DNA of 35,947 bases from assembly GCA_031969515.1 (NCBI GenBank), contig DALYKF010000031.1:1-35947 (forward strand), read 5' to 3'. The position numbers and the translations under genes were made by a program. The DNA comes from Coleofasciculaceae cyanobacterium CTOTU46641 (GTDB lineage Bacteria > Cyanobacteriota > Cyanobacteriia > Cyanobacteriales > Coleofasciculaceae). This document shows, in pieces, positions 18,880 through 28,574 of the stretch; positions within the stretch are counted from its first letter, which is position 1; every line of letters starts with the position of its first letter. The notes under the pieces were generated by a model, which did not search any database, was not told the DNA's origin, and saw nothing but the letters and a program-made list of their open reading frames with translations.

Positions 18880-19310
18880 AGGCTCGAATAATATTCATGC
18901 ATTGCAGCTAAGGGGATAACCTTATCACACCTCTCTGTAGGTTTCAGGTCGCCTCTAGCGTCTTTCCAAGGAGACTCCATATGAGTTAACTCACTTAACC
19001 ACTGCCCACTCTTGTCTTGGAGTGCCTCTAGAACTTTGTCAATAGAGTCTTGTTGATTGGGGGTTAAAGCATCAATGTCCCCATCAGCAAAGGTATCTTT
19101 ATTAACCTTAAATTGATCTCGATGATACCCATACAGAATAGGTACTACAGGACCATTCGCCCAAGCCTGAATATCTTCGTCAAACAAGGGGCTTTCATCC
19201 CAAACAAGAGACCAAGCTTGACTGTAATAAACAAGCTTTTGAAGCTTCATCGCAGTCATTTCGCCTGTTTTAGTTAGGATATATTTCGCCACATCCACAG
19301 CACGTGCCAT
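18876..19310 (-). CDS. Panacea-domain (DUF4065, PanA/SocA-like) antitoxin
   Basis: 144 aa. KLQKLVYYSQAWSLVWDESPLFDEDIQAWANGPVVPILYGYH matches the DUF4065 core (LQKLLYfaqgw...lf.e.feAW.hGPVvp.vY). Confidence 0.75.
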   Translation of the reverse strand: MARAVDVAKYILTKTGEMTAMKLQKLVYYSQAWSLVWDESPLFDEDIQAWANGPVVPILYGYHRDQFKVNKDTFADGDIDALTPNQQDSIDKVLEALQDKSGQWLSELTHMESPWKDARGDLKPTERCDKVIPLAAMHEYYSSL

Positions 19311-19421
19311 GTTGTCCCCCTTGTAGCTTTTAGCGAGCTAATAAACAATTATAGCATACTAGATCGTTTGTACTGCAATGCTGAGTGGATTATGGTTGCT
19401 GCTCAAAACCTTGCTCTGTTT

Positions 19422-19488
19422 AACTATTATTAGACTGAAAATTTCCCCCTAAGATCCAATAGTGGGTGGATATGCAGAACAATTCAGC
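19422..19488. repeat. 67-bp direct repeat, right copy
   Basis: aactattattagactgaaaatttccccctaagatccaatagtgggtggatatgcagaacaattcagc. It lies immediately 3' of the major vault protein gene stop. Confidence 0.8.
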
Positions 19489-19498
19489 CCTCCATAAA

Positions 19499-22198
19499 TT
19501 AAGCCAGAGGACGATCGCTTTTCGGCAATGGCTGTGTTTCTGCTCCCATCGGACTAATCAACCCCTGCGCTGTATTAAACAGATTAATCGGATTTCTGCC
19601 ATCAGTAATCAACACACTTTGAATACCCAGCGCTTGCAAAAGTCTAGCCTGCATTTCTGGACCAGCTTGAGCCATAGCTTTGAGCGTTTCAGAGCCAATT
19701 GCTTCTACTTTTTGTCTAAATTCAGCGCTAGTAATTTCTGCCATCCGCTGCGCTTTTTCAATATCCAAATTATTCAACGCTTGTTGATGCGCTAACTCAG
19801 CTTCCTGTCTTGCTCTTAATTGAGCTAATTCTACGTCCGAGCGAATCCTTGCCGCCTCAGCTTCTTGCTGTGCCAAATTCACCGTTAATTGACCTTGAAT
19901 TCTCGCTGCTTCTGCCTTAGCCCTGGCTTCTGCTGTTGCTTGCCCCGTAGATTCAATGGCGGCATTTTCAGCTTCTAATTCCAACAAATTCTTGCGCTCT
20001 GCTTCCGCTGCACTTTTATCAACAATTGCCTGCCGTTCTAGTCTCGCTTTGGCTTCTTGTTCAATCCGTTCAGCATCATGTCTAGCCGCTGCTTCTTGAG
20101 CATCTGTTGTAATTTGTATAGCAATCTGTACCGACTTTTGGAGACTCTTTAATGTCTCTTCATCTACGGGTTCAACGGATTGGATATCAACATTAAAAAT
20201 CACTAAGTTATTCGTCCTAAAACGCAATTCATCCCGTACATGACCTTCTGCATCTATTCCAAACACAGCCGTGCGAATAATGTGAGCCGAATTGCGATGA
20301 AATTCATCAAATTTTACACCCGCTACCGCACCTCGCACACGGGAAGCGATCGCTTTACAAGCCGTATCTACAAAATCCGGAACTTGAAACAGCTTGGCTG
20401 CTGCTTGTTCATCATGTCGATCCACATCAAAATACCAATTGTAGGATAAACGTAACTGCAATCTGGCATGATCTGAGGTTTCCACCGTGAAAAGATCCGT
20501 CATAAAATCTGGCCCTAATAACAAGGCTAAGGATTTGATAATATGAGGACGTTTAGGTACACTACCCGATAAACTTAACACCGTAAACGCTTCATCTGGC
20601 CCTAACATTACTAAGTCGGGACCGAATACAGTTCTGGCTGTTCTTTCCTTGTAATCATGGATTTGTACAGCGGCATTTTGTGGCACATGAAAGACAACCG
20701 CCCGACTTTTATCTCGTGCAGATGCGGTCTGATCTAGAGTGGATGACTCTGAGATTTCAGTTGAGCGATCGCTCCCTTTACTTTTGCTAACATGATACCG
20801 ACCCCGCTCAGAAACTGGGTCATTTTTGATCGCTAATAATTCTTCAACAATCGGGGGTAATTCTTTTTCCCAAAGCTCTTCATAGGGACTGAGCATATAA
20901 GCTTGGGGACCACTCACAACTTTCAGTTCACCCGTCTGAATATCACGCACATAAATCCCTTCATTTTTATCCAAAGGAATCGCTTGACGTTTTTCAATCA
21001 CTTCCACTTCTACACGGGGAATATAATCTCTGGGGCCAGCAATCATCCACATATCACCTGGGTACCGTTGGATTAAATTATCCCCTTCCCCTTCCCTAAA
21101 ACCTTCTTTCGCTTTGAGCAAAAGTGATTCTTGTTCGCCCAAAACATAAATGTTTTGAATGCCATTTTCCAGGGATTCACCGGGATGCAAGAAAAATGAA
21201 AGTCTGCCTTGGCGAACCTCTCGCATTCCTAACTGAGGTTTGCCCTCTTCATCAATGGGGTTGACAACAATACACCATTCTCTATCTCCTAATGTGGTAA
21301 TTTCTACTTCTCCAACCACCTCTTCATAGACATCAGGAATATGAATTTCGGCATCGGCAAACGTGACTAACCATTCATCACCCGCTTTACGTTGCCGACT
21401 AAAAATATCTGTAAAAGTGCGTTTTGCTCGCAAATGTAAGGCTTTTTTCTCGGTTAAAACGTAAGCCTTAATAATCCCAATTGCTTCCTCATCTACCCCA
21501 GGCAAATAGGCTCCTTCTTCCCTTACTAACCACTCTTCACCCGCTCTACGTCTATTCCCTTGGCGATCGGTACAATTTTGTCGCGCTAATAATCGTAACG
21601 CTTGATTCGGCTTAATTACGGTTGCCGTGACTACTTTGATCACTTCAACTTCAATTCGGGGACGATAAGTTCCTGGTCCTTCAAATAGCCACTCATCCCC
21701 TGCTAAACGGTTGATTGGTTCTGATTGAGTTGCGACTTCATCCGTGACTAAAATCGAATCGGAAAAATCTCTCAATGCTCTTAAACGTAGTGCTTGATTT
21801 CTCTCAACGACTGTCAGTTGGGTAATCTCTCCCTGAACGTCTTCACCAGGATAGAGTGGAAACGGTTCTTGGGCAAAGCGAATTTCAGCATCGCCGTATC
21901 TGAGTTTAATTTGTCCATATTCATCTGTAATCGGATTACCATTTTGATCTCGAAGTACAGGATTAGCAATCACACAATAATAGCGAGGTGGCACTACTAT
22001 CATGGGTTCAGGTTTTAATATTAGCCGCTCATGGTCACGTAGAGTAATGGTTTGAGGGCCAATTTCTAGCCGGGTCACACCTGTATTATTATCTAGAACG
22101 TGAATAAACTGCTGAGGTTTGAGGCGAATTACGCCTGTAGAACTTCCGGCGACTTCCGTTTTACTGTCAGTTTTTCGCTCAGTTGTATTCATTTCCAT
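19499..22198 (-). CDS. Major vault protein (MVP) homologue
   Basis: 899 aa, collinear with eukaryotic MVP. The N-terminal repeat [31 protein letters not shown] and motifs [26 protein letters not shown] and [16 protein letters not shown] are present. The SPFH-like shoulder and the C-terminal coiled coil with GPEMQ...[11 protein letters not shown] are also present. Confidence 0.85.
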   Translation of the reverse strand: MEMNTTERKTDSKTEVAGSSTGVIRLKPQQFIHVLDNNTGVTRLEIGPQTITLRDHERLILKPEPMIVVPPRYYCVIANPVLRDQNGNPITDEYGQIKLRYGDAEIRFAQEPFPLYPGEDVQGEITQLTVVERNQALRLRALRDFSDSILVTDEVATQSEPINRLAGDEWLFEGPGTYRPRIEVEVIKVVTATVIKPNQALRLLARQNCTDRQGNRRRAGEEWLVREEGAYLPGVDEEAIGIIKAYVLTEKKALHLRAKRTFTDIFSRQRKAGDEWLVTFADAEIHIPDVYEEVVGEVEITTLGDREWCIVVNPIDEEGKPQLGMREVRQGRLSFFLHPGESLENGIQNIYVLGEQESLLLKAKEGFREGEGDNLIQRYPGDMWMIAGPRDYIPRVEVEVIEKRQAIPLDKNEGIYVRDIQTGELKVVSGPQAYMLSPYEELWEKELPPIVEELLAIKNDPVSERGRYHVSKSKGSDRSTEISESSTLDQTASARDKSRAVVFHVPQNAAVQIHDYKERTARTVFGPDLVMLGPDEAFTVLSLSGSVPKRPHIIKSLALLLGPDFMTDLFTVETSDHARLQLRLSYNWYFDVDRHDEQAAAKLFQVPDFVDTACKAIASRVRGAVAGVKFDEFHRNSAHIIRTAVFGIDAEGHVRDELRFRTNNLVIFNVDIQSVEPVDEETLKSLQKSVQIAIQITTDAQEAAARHDAERIEQEAKARLERQAIVDKSAAEAERKNLLELEAENAAIESTGQATAEARAKAEAARIQGQLTVNLAQQEAEAARIRSDVELAQLRARQEAELAHQQALNNLDIEKAQRMAEITSAEFRQKVEAIGSETLKAMAQAGPEMQARLLQALGIQSVLITDGRNPINLFNTAQGLISPMGAETQPLPKSDRPLA

Positions 22199-22382
22199 TG
22201 TCTAATATGGGATTGCCAAAATTGTTTTCGCTCGGTATGGAGAAGTCGTTATTATTCCCGCTTTCGCTGTTGGAAGGAGCAGAAATCTCCTCACCTGGCA
22301 CTATTGGCTCGATTTTAACCCCACTTGATTAAGCTGCTCTAAATTGTAATGAATCTACAATCTAAAGGGGTAGAATGTAGCT

Positions 22383-23657
22383 TTAGAAATTAATGGCTTC
22401 ATTTGGACCCACTAAAGATATATAAGGTTCAGAAAAGTATTGATTAGCAACGGCTTGAGCGATTTCTGGAGTAACATTAGTAACGTCCTCCTGAAACTGG
22501 GTATCAAACTCAATCCCTAACCCCAGCGTCTCATACCAACCGTAGATTTGAGCAAGTTGAGCATTCGTTTGTTTCCCTAAAGCATACTGACCTAAAAGCT
22601 TATTCGTTGAAGTCTGAAGTTCATCAATACTCAGAGAAGACGTACAAAGGCGTTCAACTTCTGCACGTAGACCCTCTAGCGCTATGGTTGTATTTTCCGG
22701 TGCCGTACCCATATAGACCACGAACGTAGATGCCGACTGACGCGTCGGATAAAATGCAGAAACGTCATAGGCTAACCCTCGTTTTTCCCGCAGTTCCACA
22801 AACAAGCGACTGGAAAGACCATTTCCTAAGTAAGTATTGAGTAATTTTAAGGCAGCATAGTTCGGATCTTTGACGGCTGAAGCGAGATAGCCTAGCATAA
22901 CAATAGATTGCTGAGTTTCTTGAGGTGTAATAACTCGGCTAGGTTGAGATTTAATCAACGGTAAAACGGGTTGATTTACAGGTGTTTGAGGCGCTTGCCA
23001 ATCCCAAAATACGCTCGTAATCTGCTCGATCGCTTCCGCTGGAGTAACGCGACCTGCAACACTAATGACTAGGTTATCAGGACGGAAATAGGTTTGATGA
23101 TAGTCCTCTAGATCACTCCGCAATAACTTAGCGATCGCTGCTTCAGTTCCTAAAATTGAGAGACCATAGGGATGGTCTTGATACATTGCCTGTCGTAACT
23201 GCTCAAAGGCAATATTAAACGGTTGCTCTTTTTGAGAACGAATGTCTTGAATGGTTAAATGTCGTTCGAGTTCTACTTCAGTTTCTGGAAAACTCGGATA
23301 TCGCAACATCTGCCCTGCTAACTCTAACATTTCAGGCCAGTCTGTAGAAACAGTCTTGAGTGAGAGCAAAAAGTAATCCGTAGCTGTATCCGCACTAAGT
23401 TGAGCGCCAACTGACTCAACTCGTTCAGCAATTTCAATGGATGATAACTTCTGTGTTCCTTTCGTTAGTACGGCTGAAAGTAAGTGAGAAAGTCCAGCTT
23501 TTTCGCGGGATTCCCACTGACTCCCTGCTCGAATAAATAGACGAGTCGCAATAATATCTGCGGCTGAATTTTCTATAGCAATTACCACAATACCATTATC
23601 TAAAACCGTGCGGTGGATAATTTGCTGTTGTTCCGGAGCGGTCACATTTTGAGGCAT
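22383..23657 (-). CDS. M16-family peptidase, non-catalytic (beta-like) subunit
   Basis: 424 aa with the M16 fold, but the zinc motif position reads GLSHLLSAVLTKGT (no HxxEH). Confidence 0.75.
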   Translation of the reverse strand: MPQNVTAPEQQQIIHRTVLDNGIVVIAIENSAADIIATRLFIRAGSQWESREKAGLSHLLSAVLTKGTQKLSSIEIAERVESVGAQLSADTATDYFLLSLKTVSTDWPEMLELAGQMLRYPSFPETEVELERHLTIQDIRSQKEQPFNIAFEQLRQAMYQDHPYGLSILGTEAAIAKLLRSDLEDYHQTYFRPDNLVISVAGRVTPAEAIEQITSVFWDWQAPQTPVNQPVLPLIKSQPSRVITPQETQQSIVMLGYLASAVKDPNYAALKLLNTYLGNGLSSRLFVELREKRGLAYDVSAFYPTRQSASTFVVYMGTAPENTTIALEGLRAEVERLCTSSLSIDELQTSTNKLLGQYALGKQTNAQLAQIYGWYETLGLGIEFDTQFQEDVTNVTPEIAQAVANQYFSEPYISLVGPNEAINF

Positions 23658-24005
23658 TTTTGTTGTTGGTTGTTAGTTGTTAGTTGTTAGTTGTTAGTTG
23701 TTGGTTGTTGGTTGTTAGTTGTTAGTTGTTAGTTGTTAGTTGTTAGTTGTTGGTTGTTGGTGATTTGTTTTTAACCAATTTACCCAATTACTAACACTCC
23801 CACCCCCACTCCCCACTCCCCACTCCCCATTTGGTTGTTAGTTATTATATTATTTTCTAAATGCCTGCTACACATTAATCGCCGCGTCTTCGACTCTCCG
23901 CGTCATCAGCATCTATAGCGAACATAAATAAAATTAGTATTAGTCGAACACCAAACAGCAAACAACAAACAACCAACAACCAACAACCAACAACCAACAA
24001 CAAAA
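23658..24005. repeat. STRR heptamer array with a large inverted-repeat organisation between the two M16 genes
   Basis: (A/G)GTTGTT units occur about 14 times at 23660-23760. CCCCACT repeats occur at about 23800-23835. AACAACC/CAACAAC units occur at 23950-24003 and are the reverse complement of the first block. Confidence 0.8.
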
Positions 24006-25301
24006 TTACCAATTTCCCATAATGGGTTTGAGGACAGTAACAGCGTAATGATAGGGAGAAAGATATTGCTGCGCTAAGTGCATTAAGTCTTCTGGAGTTC
24101 GCTTTTGAATCTGTTGCGGGTAAGTAACAGCGAGTTCTGCTGTCGCAATCGTGTTGTAGTATCCATACAAACCTGCAAGCTGACTGGCAGCTTCAGTGGA
24201 AAAGATGTAGTCATTACAGAGTAGGCGTTGACAGCGACTGAGTTCTGCTTGAGAGAGGGGTGTTTGTTGCAATTCCAGAAGGCGATCGCAAATTAGGGTT
24301 TCAACGTGTTCGAGGTGTTGGGGGTCTAGGTATGCACTAATTGTAAATAAACTGGAATCCCGTTGCAGAGAGAAACCACTACTAATCCCTTGAACTAATC
24401 GTTGTTCTTCTCGTAATTCTCGGACTAAGCGAGAGGATCGTCCATCGGCTAATAATACCGAGAGTAAGTCTAAACCATAAGCATCTGCCAAGCGATCAAC
24501 TCCAGGTCCAATCCAAGCCATTAACAGACGTGCTTGTTCGATTCGGGGTAAATATAATTCCTGACGACGAATTTCTGTAATCGGGGGTTCAGCGTCTGGA
24601 GTCACATTTGGACAATCACCGGGTTTACAGAAGTCTTGAAAGGACTGTTGGACTAACTCTAATGCTGATGCTTGTTCTATTCCCCCGACAATGACAACGG
24701 TCATATTTTCGGGTTGATAGTAGGTAGAATGGAAGCTACGCATTTGCTGGGGCGATCGCGTCATTAATTGCTGTTCTGTTCCCAGTACCGAGCGTCCGTA
24801 GGGGTGATGCTGGTAAACATTCTCGGAAAGTGCCTGAAACCCTAGCCAATCCGGATTATCATAACAAGAGCGAATTTCTTCTAAGATGACATCCCGTTCC
24901 CGAACAAATTCGTCGTCGGGAATAGTGGCGTGTAAGAGCAAATCGGCTAGAGGGGGTAGGGTATCATCTAAGTATTGAGCAGCAGTCGTAATAAAGAAAT
25001 GAGCATAGTCATGACTCGTTGCTGCATTGGTGAGTCCGCCACGACGTTCAATGATCGAGTCGAATACACCAGGAGCAAGTGTAGCAGTCCCTTTAAAGAT
25101 CATATGTTCCAGGAAATGTGCCATCCCAGTCCATGGGGAAGGTTCTCTGATCGCACCCGCACGCACCCAAACATCGACCACAACCGCTGGAGTTGCAGGT
25201 AGATATTGGTGAATAACCGTCAACCCATTCGCAAGTCGAACGATCTCAGCAGGAAATGTAGCAGTAGTCAGCGGCTCAGACAGCAATTTTTCTAATCTCA
25301 A
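24006..25301 (-). CDS. M16-family zinc peptidase, catalytic subunit (pitrilysin-like)
   Basis: 431 aa. The inverted zinc-binding motif HFLEHMIFKGT (HxxEH) is present. Confidence 0.8.
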   Translation of the reverse strand: MRLEKLLSEPLTTATFPAEIVRLANGLTVIHQYLPATPAVVVDVWVRAGAIREPSPWTGMAHFLEHMIFKGTATLAPGVFDSIIERRGGLTNAATSHDYAHFFITTAAQYLDDTLPPLADLLLHATIPDDEFVRERDVILEEIRSCYDNPDWLGFQALSENVYQHHPYGRSVLGTEQQLMTRSPQQMRSFHSTYYQPENMTVVIVGGIEQASALELVQQSFQDFCKPGDCPNVTPDAEPPITEIRRQELYLPRIEQARLLMAWIGPGVDRLADAYGLDLLSVLLADGRSSRLVRELREEQRLVQGISSGFSLQRDSSLFTISAYLDPQHLEHVETLICDRLLELQQTPLSQAELSRCQRLLCNDYIFSTEAASQLAGLYGYYNTIATAELAVTYPQQIQKRTPEDLMHLAQQYLSPYHYAVTVLKPIMGNW

Positions 25302-26359
25302 CTGTTAGTTAGTAAATTGAAATTAGTCTCATAGTAGCGCTTGATCGAGTAAAAAGTAGAATAGACCTTTGGCATAAAGGGAGGGAAAAGGGGGAAAGGC
25401 GTTGAAAATCCTTTTTCCTTTGAGCTTTAACCTTTCCTTGGCTTTCGGATAAAGGACTTTTACAAGAGACGTTCATGAGCGTACCGCTCACACTCCAGGA
25501 TGAAAGGAGACTTTCAAAACAGGTTTAAGCTGTTCGTCATTTAAACCTGATTGTCAATAATTACAGAATCCTTGTAGTGCGACCATCTTGGTCGCTACTG
25601 ATACCCAATTTAAAGGCGTGACAGCTTAATAATACCCGATTACAGCTATGACATCCTCTGAAACCCACTCTAACGAATAGGGTGTCAGCTTCCCAGCATC
25701 ACTACTCGGCATTCCTACTTCATCTGGAGTCTAACCACTTAGCCGTCTGTAGGCAACCCCCGTGAGTCCCATTACAATTAATCCTAGGAACGGTGAATGA
25801 TACTAAGTTGTGGTTCAGGATGTAATACAAGCCGTTTATGAGAGGAGGAGGGGGAGATGGGAAGATGGGGAGAGAACGTTATCTGTTTAAATGCAACTTG
25901 GTATGAGCGCATTTCTCCTTTCCAGGCAGGGTTATTCTCCCGAAGTTCACCTGGAACTGCTTTTCCCCTATCCAGGATTAAATGTAGTGCTTGATACTAT
26001 TCTTGTGGAATAGGAAGACTGAAAACCCTAATTCGGCAAGATTATACCCTTGTGTTATCACCACCAATACACGAGAGCCAAAAAAAAGTAAATTTAGCAA
26101 AATCTTGTCAACTTCTTGACATTTATTATTTATTCTTTGAGCATCGAAGGCACACTAATTCAGTTAGATCGCCTTTTATACTTGGATCGGTTAATAATCC
26201 GATCTCAGCCATCAGCTCTAATAGTGATTACTCAAAAGCAAATTGCTGAGTTAAATGCTCGGTTTATGACCGTGCTAAGTATAGCTGCCAAGAAGGACCG
26301 TCTTAGTTTACCTGAGAAGCATATTGAGTAGTTGGTCATGTACCTGAATTGGTAATGCC

Positions 26360-27595
26360 TTGAAGTTACAAGGAGAACGAGCCATGACACTCATTCCAAA
26401 TTTCGACGCAGCAACGTTTGTACCTGGAACTCAGATCAATAATCCTTATTTTCCCCTAGAACCGGGCACAATCTATGTTTATGAGGGCGAATCGGCAGAT
26501 GAAGAGACGGGTGAAGAGAGCGAGGAACTGATTCGATTTGCCGTCACGTTTCAAACCGAAGAAATCGCTGGCGTTACCGCAACCGTCGTACAAGAAACTG
26601 CCTGGGTAGATGGTTTTCTTGAAGAGCATACGCATGATTGGTTCGCTCAGGATACGGATGGAAATGTCTGGTATTTGGGTGAATTTACGACAGCCTATGA
26701 ATACGACGACGATGGTAATTTTATTGGCACAAACAATGATGGAGCGTGGGAAGCTGGGGTTAATGGAGCTTTACCGGGTTATATCATGCCAGCCAATCCT
26801 CAAGTTGGCGATAATTACTATCAGGAGTTTGCGCCAGAGGATGAAGCCTTAGACCAGGCGGAGGTTATTAGTAATGACCAAACTCTTTCAACGGAGATAG
26901 GAACCTTTAGTAACGTTCTCCAAACCCTTGAGTTTTCAGAACTTGCACCGGGAGTATTTGATTTTAAGTATTATGCTCCAGGTATTGGTTTAGTCTTAGT
27001 TGAAGAGCTGGATGAAAACCTTGAACCCGAGTTTATTGTTGAACTAGAATCTATCACGTCTGTAAGCGAAGAAGCCTTTACCAGCGGGTACGGAACTAAA
27101 GGGAATGACGTACTTGATGGTGACAACGGAGTTAACATTCTCAAGGGATTTAAAGGTGATGATTTGTTGCAAGGTTTTGGTGGTGAAGATTGGTTAGTTG
27201 GTCAAAAGGGCAACGATTTCTTAGTGGGTGGCAATGGGTTGGATCTGTTGGAAGGTGGCAAAGGGGAGGATATTTTAATTGGGGGTCAAGGAATAGATAT
27301 TTTGGAGGGAGGCAAGGACAGAGATCAGTTTGTTTTCAGAACATTAGGGGACAAGGGGGATCTAATTCAAGATTTTAATCACGAGGATGTGATTATTTTG
27401 GTTGAGATCTTTAATTCAGGAAACTACGACAGTTCCAATCCAATTGATGATTATTTACAAATTCAACAATTGGGTTCTCTCACCGTTATTTCTATTGATT
27501 CAGATGGGGATGCGGGGTCTAATCCGTTTGAAGTTTTGGCAATTTTGCAGCACACAAATGCCAGTAGCTTGAGCGATGCTAACTTTGTTGTATAG
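26360..27595 (+). CDS. Secreted calcium-binding protein with C-terminal RTX (hemolysin-type) nonapeptide repeats
   Basis: 411 aa. Tandem GGxGxDxL-type repeats (GNDVLDGDNG, GDDLLQGFGGEDWL, GNDFLVGGNGLDLLEGGKGEDIL) are present. The N-terminal domain is unknown, and no N-terminal signal peptide is apparent (type I secretion is typical for such proteins). Confidence 0.75.
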   Translation: MKLQGERAMTLIPNFDAATFVPGTQINNPYFPLEPGTIYVYEGESADEETGEESEELIRFAVTFQTEEIAGVTATVVQETAWVDGFLEEHTHDWFAQDTDGNVWYLGEFTTAYEYDDDGNFIGTNNDGAWEAGVNGALPGYIMPANPQVGDNYYQEFAPEDEALDQAEVISNDQTLSTEIGTFSNVLQTLEFSELAPGVFDFKYYAPGIGLVLVEELDENLEPEFIVELESITSVSEEAFTSGYGTKGNDVLDGDNGVNILKGFKGDDLLQGFGGEDWLVGQKGNDFLVGGNGLDLLEGGKGEDILIGGQGIDILEGGKDRDQFVFRTLGDKGDLIQDFNHEDVIILVEIFNSGNYDSSNPIDDYLQIQQLGSLTVISIDSDGDAGSNPFEVLAILQHTNASSLSDANFVV

Positions 27596-27599
27596 TATC

Positions 27600-27768
27600 G
27601 TTTTAATGGGGAGTGGGGAGTGGGGAGTGGGGAGTGGGGAGGGGGAGAGAGGGGGAAGACGAAGGGGGACGTGGAGACAAATAACCAACAACTAACAACC
27701 AACAACTAACAACTAACAACTAATAACTAACAACTAAAAACCAACAACCAACAACCAACAACAGACAG
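27600..27768. repeat. STRR heptamer block (GGGGAGT then AACAACT/AACAACC units) ending at the regulator start codon
   Basis: ggggagtggggagtggggagtgggga, then ccaacaactaacaaccaacaactaacaa, then ccaacaaccaacaacagacag ATG. Confidence 0.8.
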
Positions 27769-28449
27769 ATGAGAATCTTGCTAATTGAAGATGACGATCG
27801 CATCGCTAAACCTTTGGCAGAAGATTTGCGACACCAGCACTACGTGGTAGACCTTGCCTATGATGGGATTGAGGGATGGATTTGTTCTCAAGGTGTCACG
27901 TATGACCTGATTTTGTTGGACTTGATGTTACCAAAACTTGATGGTATCACCTTATGTCAGAAGTTGCGATCATCACATTATAAGGGTTTTGTGTTGATGT
28001 TGACAGCGCGAGATACGACAACGGATAAAGTGATTGGGTTAGATGCAGGTGCGGATGATTACTTGGTGAAACCCTTTGAATTGGAGGAATTATCTGCTCG
28101 TATTCGAGCCTTATCTCGTCGTCCAGTCGAGTTACAACAACAGAGTTTTCTCTGTGGCAAATTAGAACTCAACCCGGCACTACATACAGTGACTTATGCG
28201 GGGACTCCCTTAAATCTAACACCCAAGGAGTATCTAATTCTAGAGTGTTTTATTCGTAATCCTTCTCAAGTTTTCAGTCGCTCAATGTTGCTTGATAAAC
28301 TCTGGGAATTGGATAAAGTTTCTGGGGAAAATACGATTAAAACACATATTACGAACCTGCGCCATAAACTTAAAGCAGCCGGAAGTAAAGAGGAAGCAAT
28401 CCAAACGGTTTATGGGGTTGGGTACCGTTTTGTGCAAGACTCGTTATGA
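27769..28449 (+). CDS. OmpR-family response regulator (REC plus winged-helix)
   Basis: 226 aa. MRILLIEDDDRIAKPL...DLILLDLMLPKLDG is the receiver domain, and the C-terminal VYGVGYRF is the winged-helix DNA-binding domain. Confidence 0.85.
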   Translation: MRILLIEDDDRIAKPLAEDLRHQHYVVDLAYDGIEGWICSQGVTYDLILLDLMLPKLDGITLCQKLRSSHYKGFVLMLTARDTTTDKVIGLDAGADDYLVKPFELEELSARIRALSRRPVELQQQSFLCGKLELNPALHTVTYAGTPLNLTPKEYLILECFIRNPSQVFSRSMLLDKLWELDKVSGENTIKTHITNLRHKLKAAGSKEEAIQTVYGVGYRFVQDSL

Positions 28450-28574
28450 GAGGGGAGTTAGGGGGAGTGGGGAAGAGAATTAAGTGTACCTCACCTATTT
28501 GAGAAATGCTATATATTGGTTATTAGTTATTTACAAACAACAAACAACCAACAACAAGCAACAAGCAACAAACC

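Noticed and set aside
23658-24005. Possible CRISPR array suggested by regular short repeats
   Set aside because: The units are 7-nt tandem heptamers with no unique spacers, no 24-48-nt repeat/spacer periodicity and no cas genes, so this is STRR-type microsatellite and not CRISPR.
26052-26331. Two overlapping 65-71-aa ORFs upstream of the RTX gene
   Set aside because: They are AT-rich with no RBS or motif, and lie in a region better explained as promoter/5' UTR. They are retained only as part of the intergenic-region finding.
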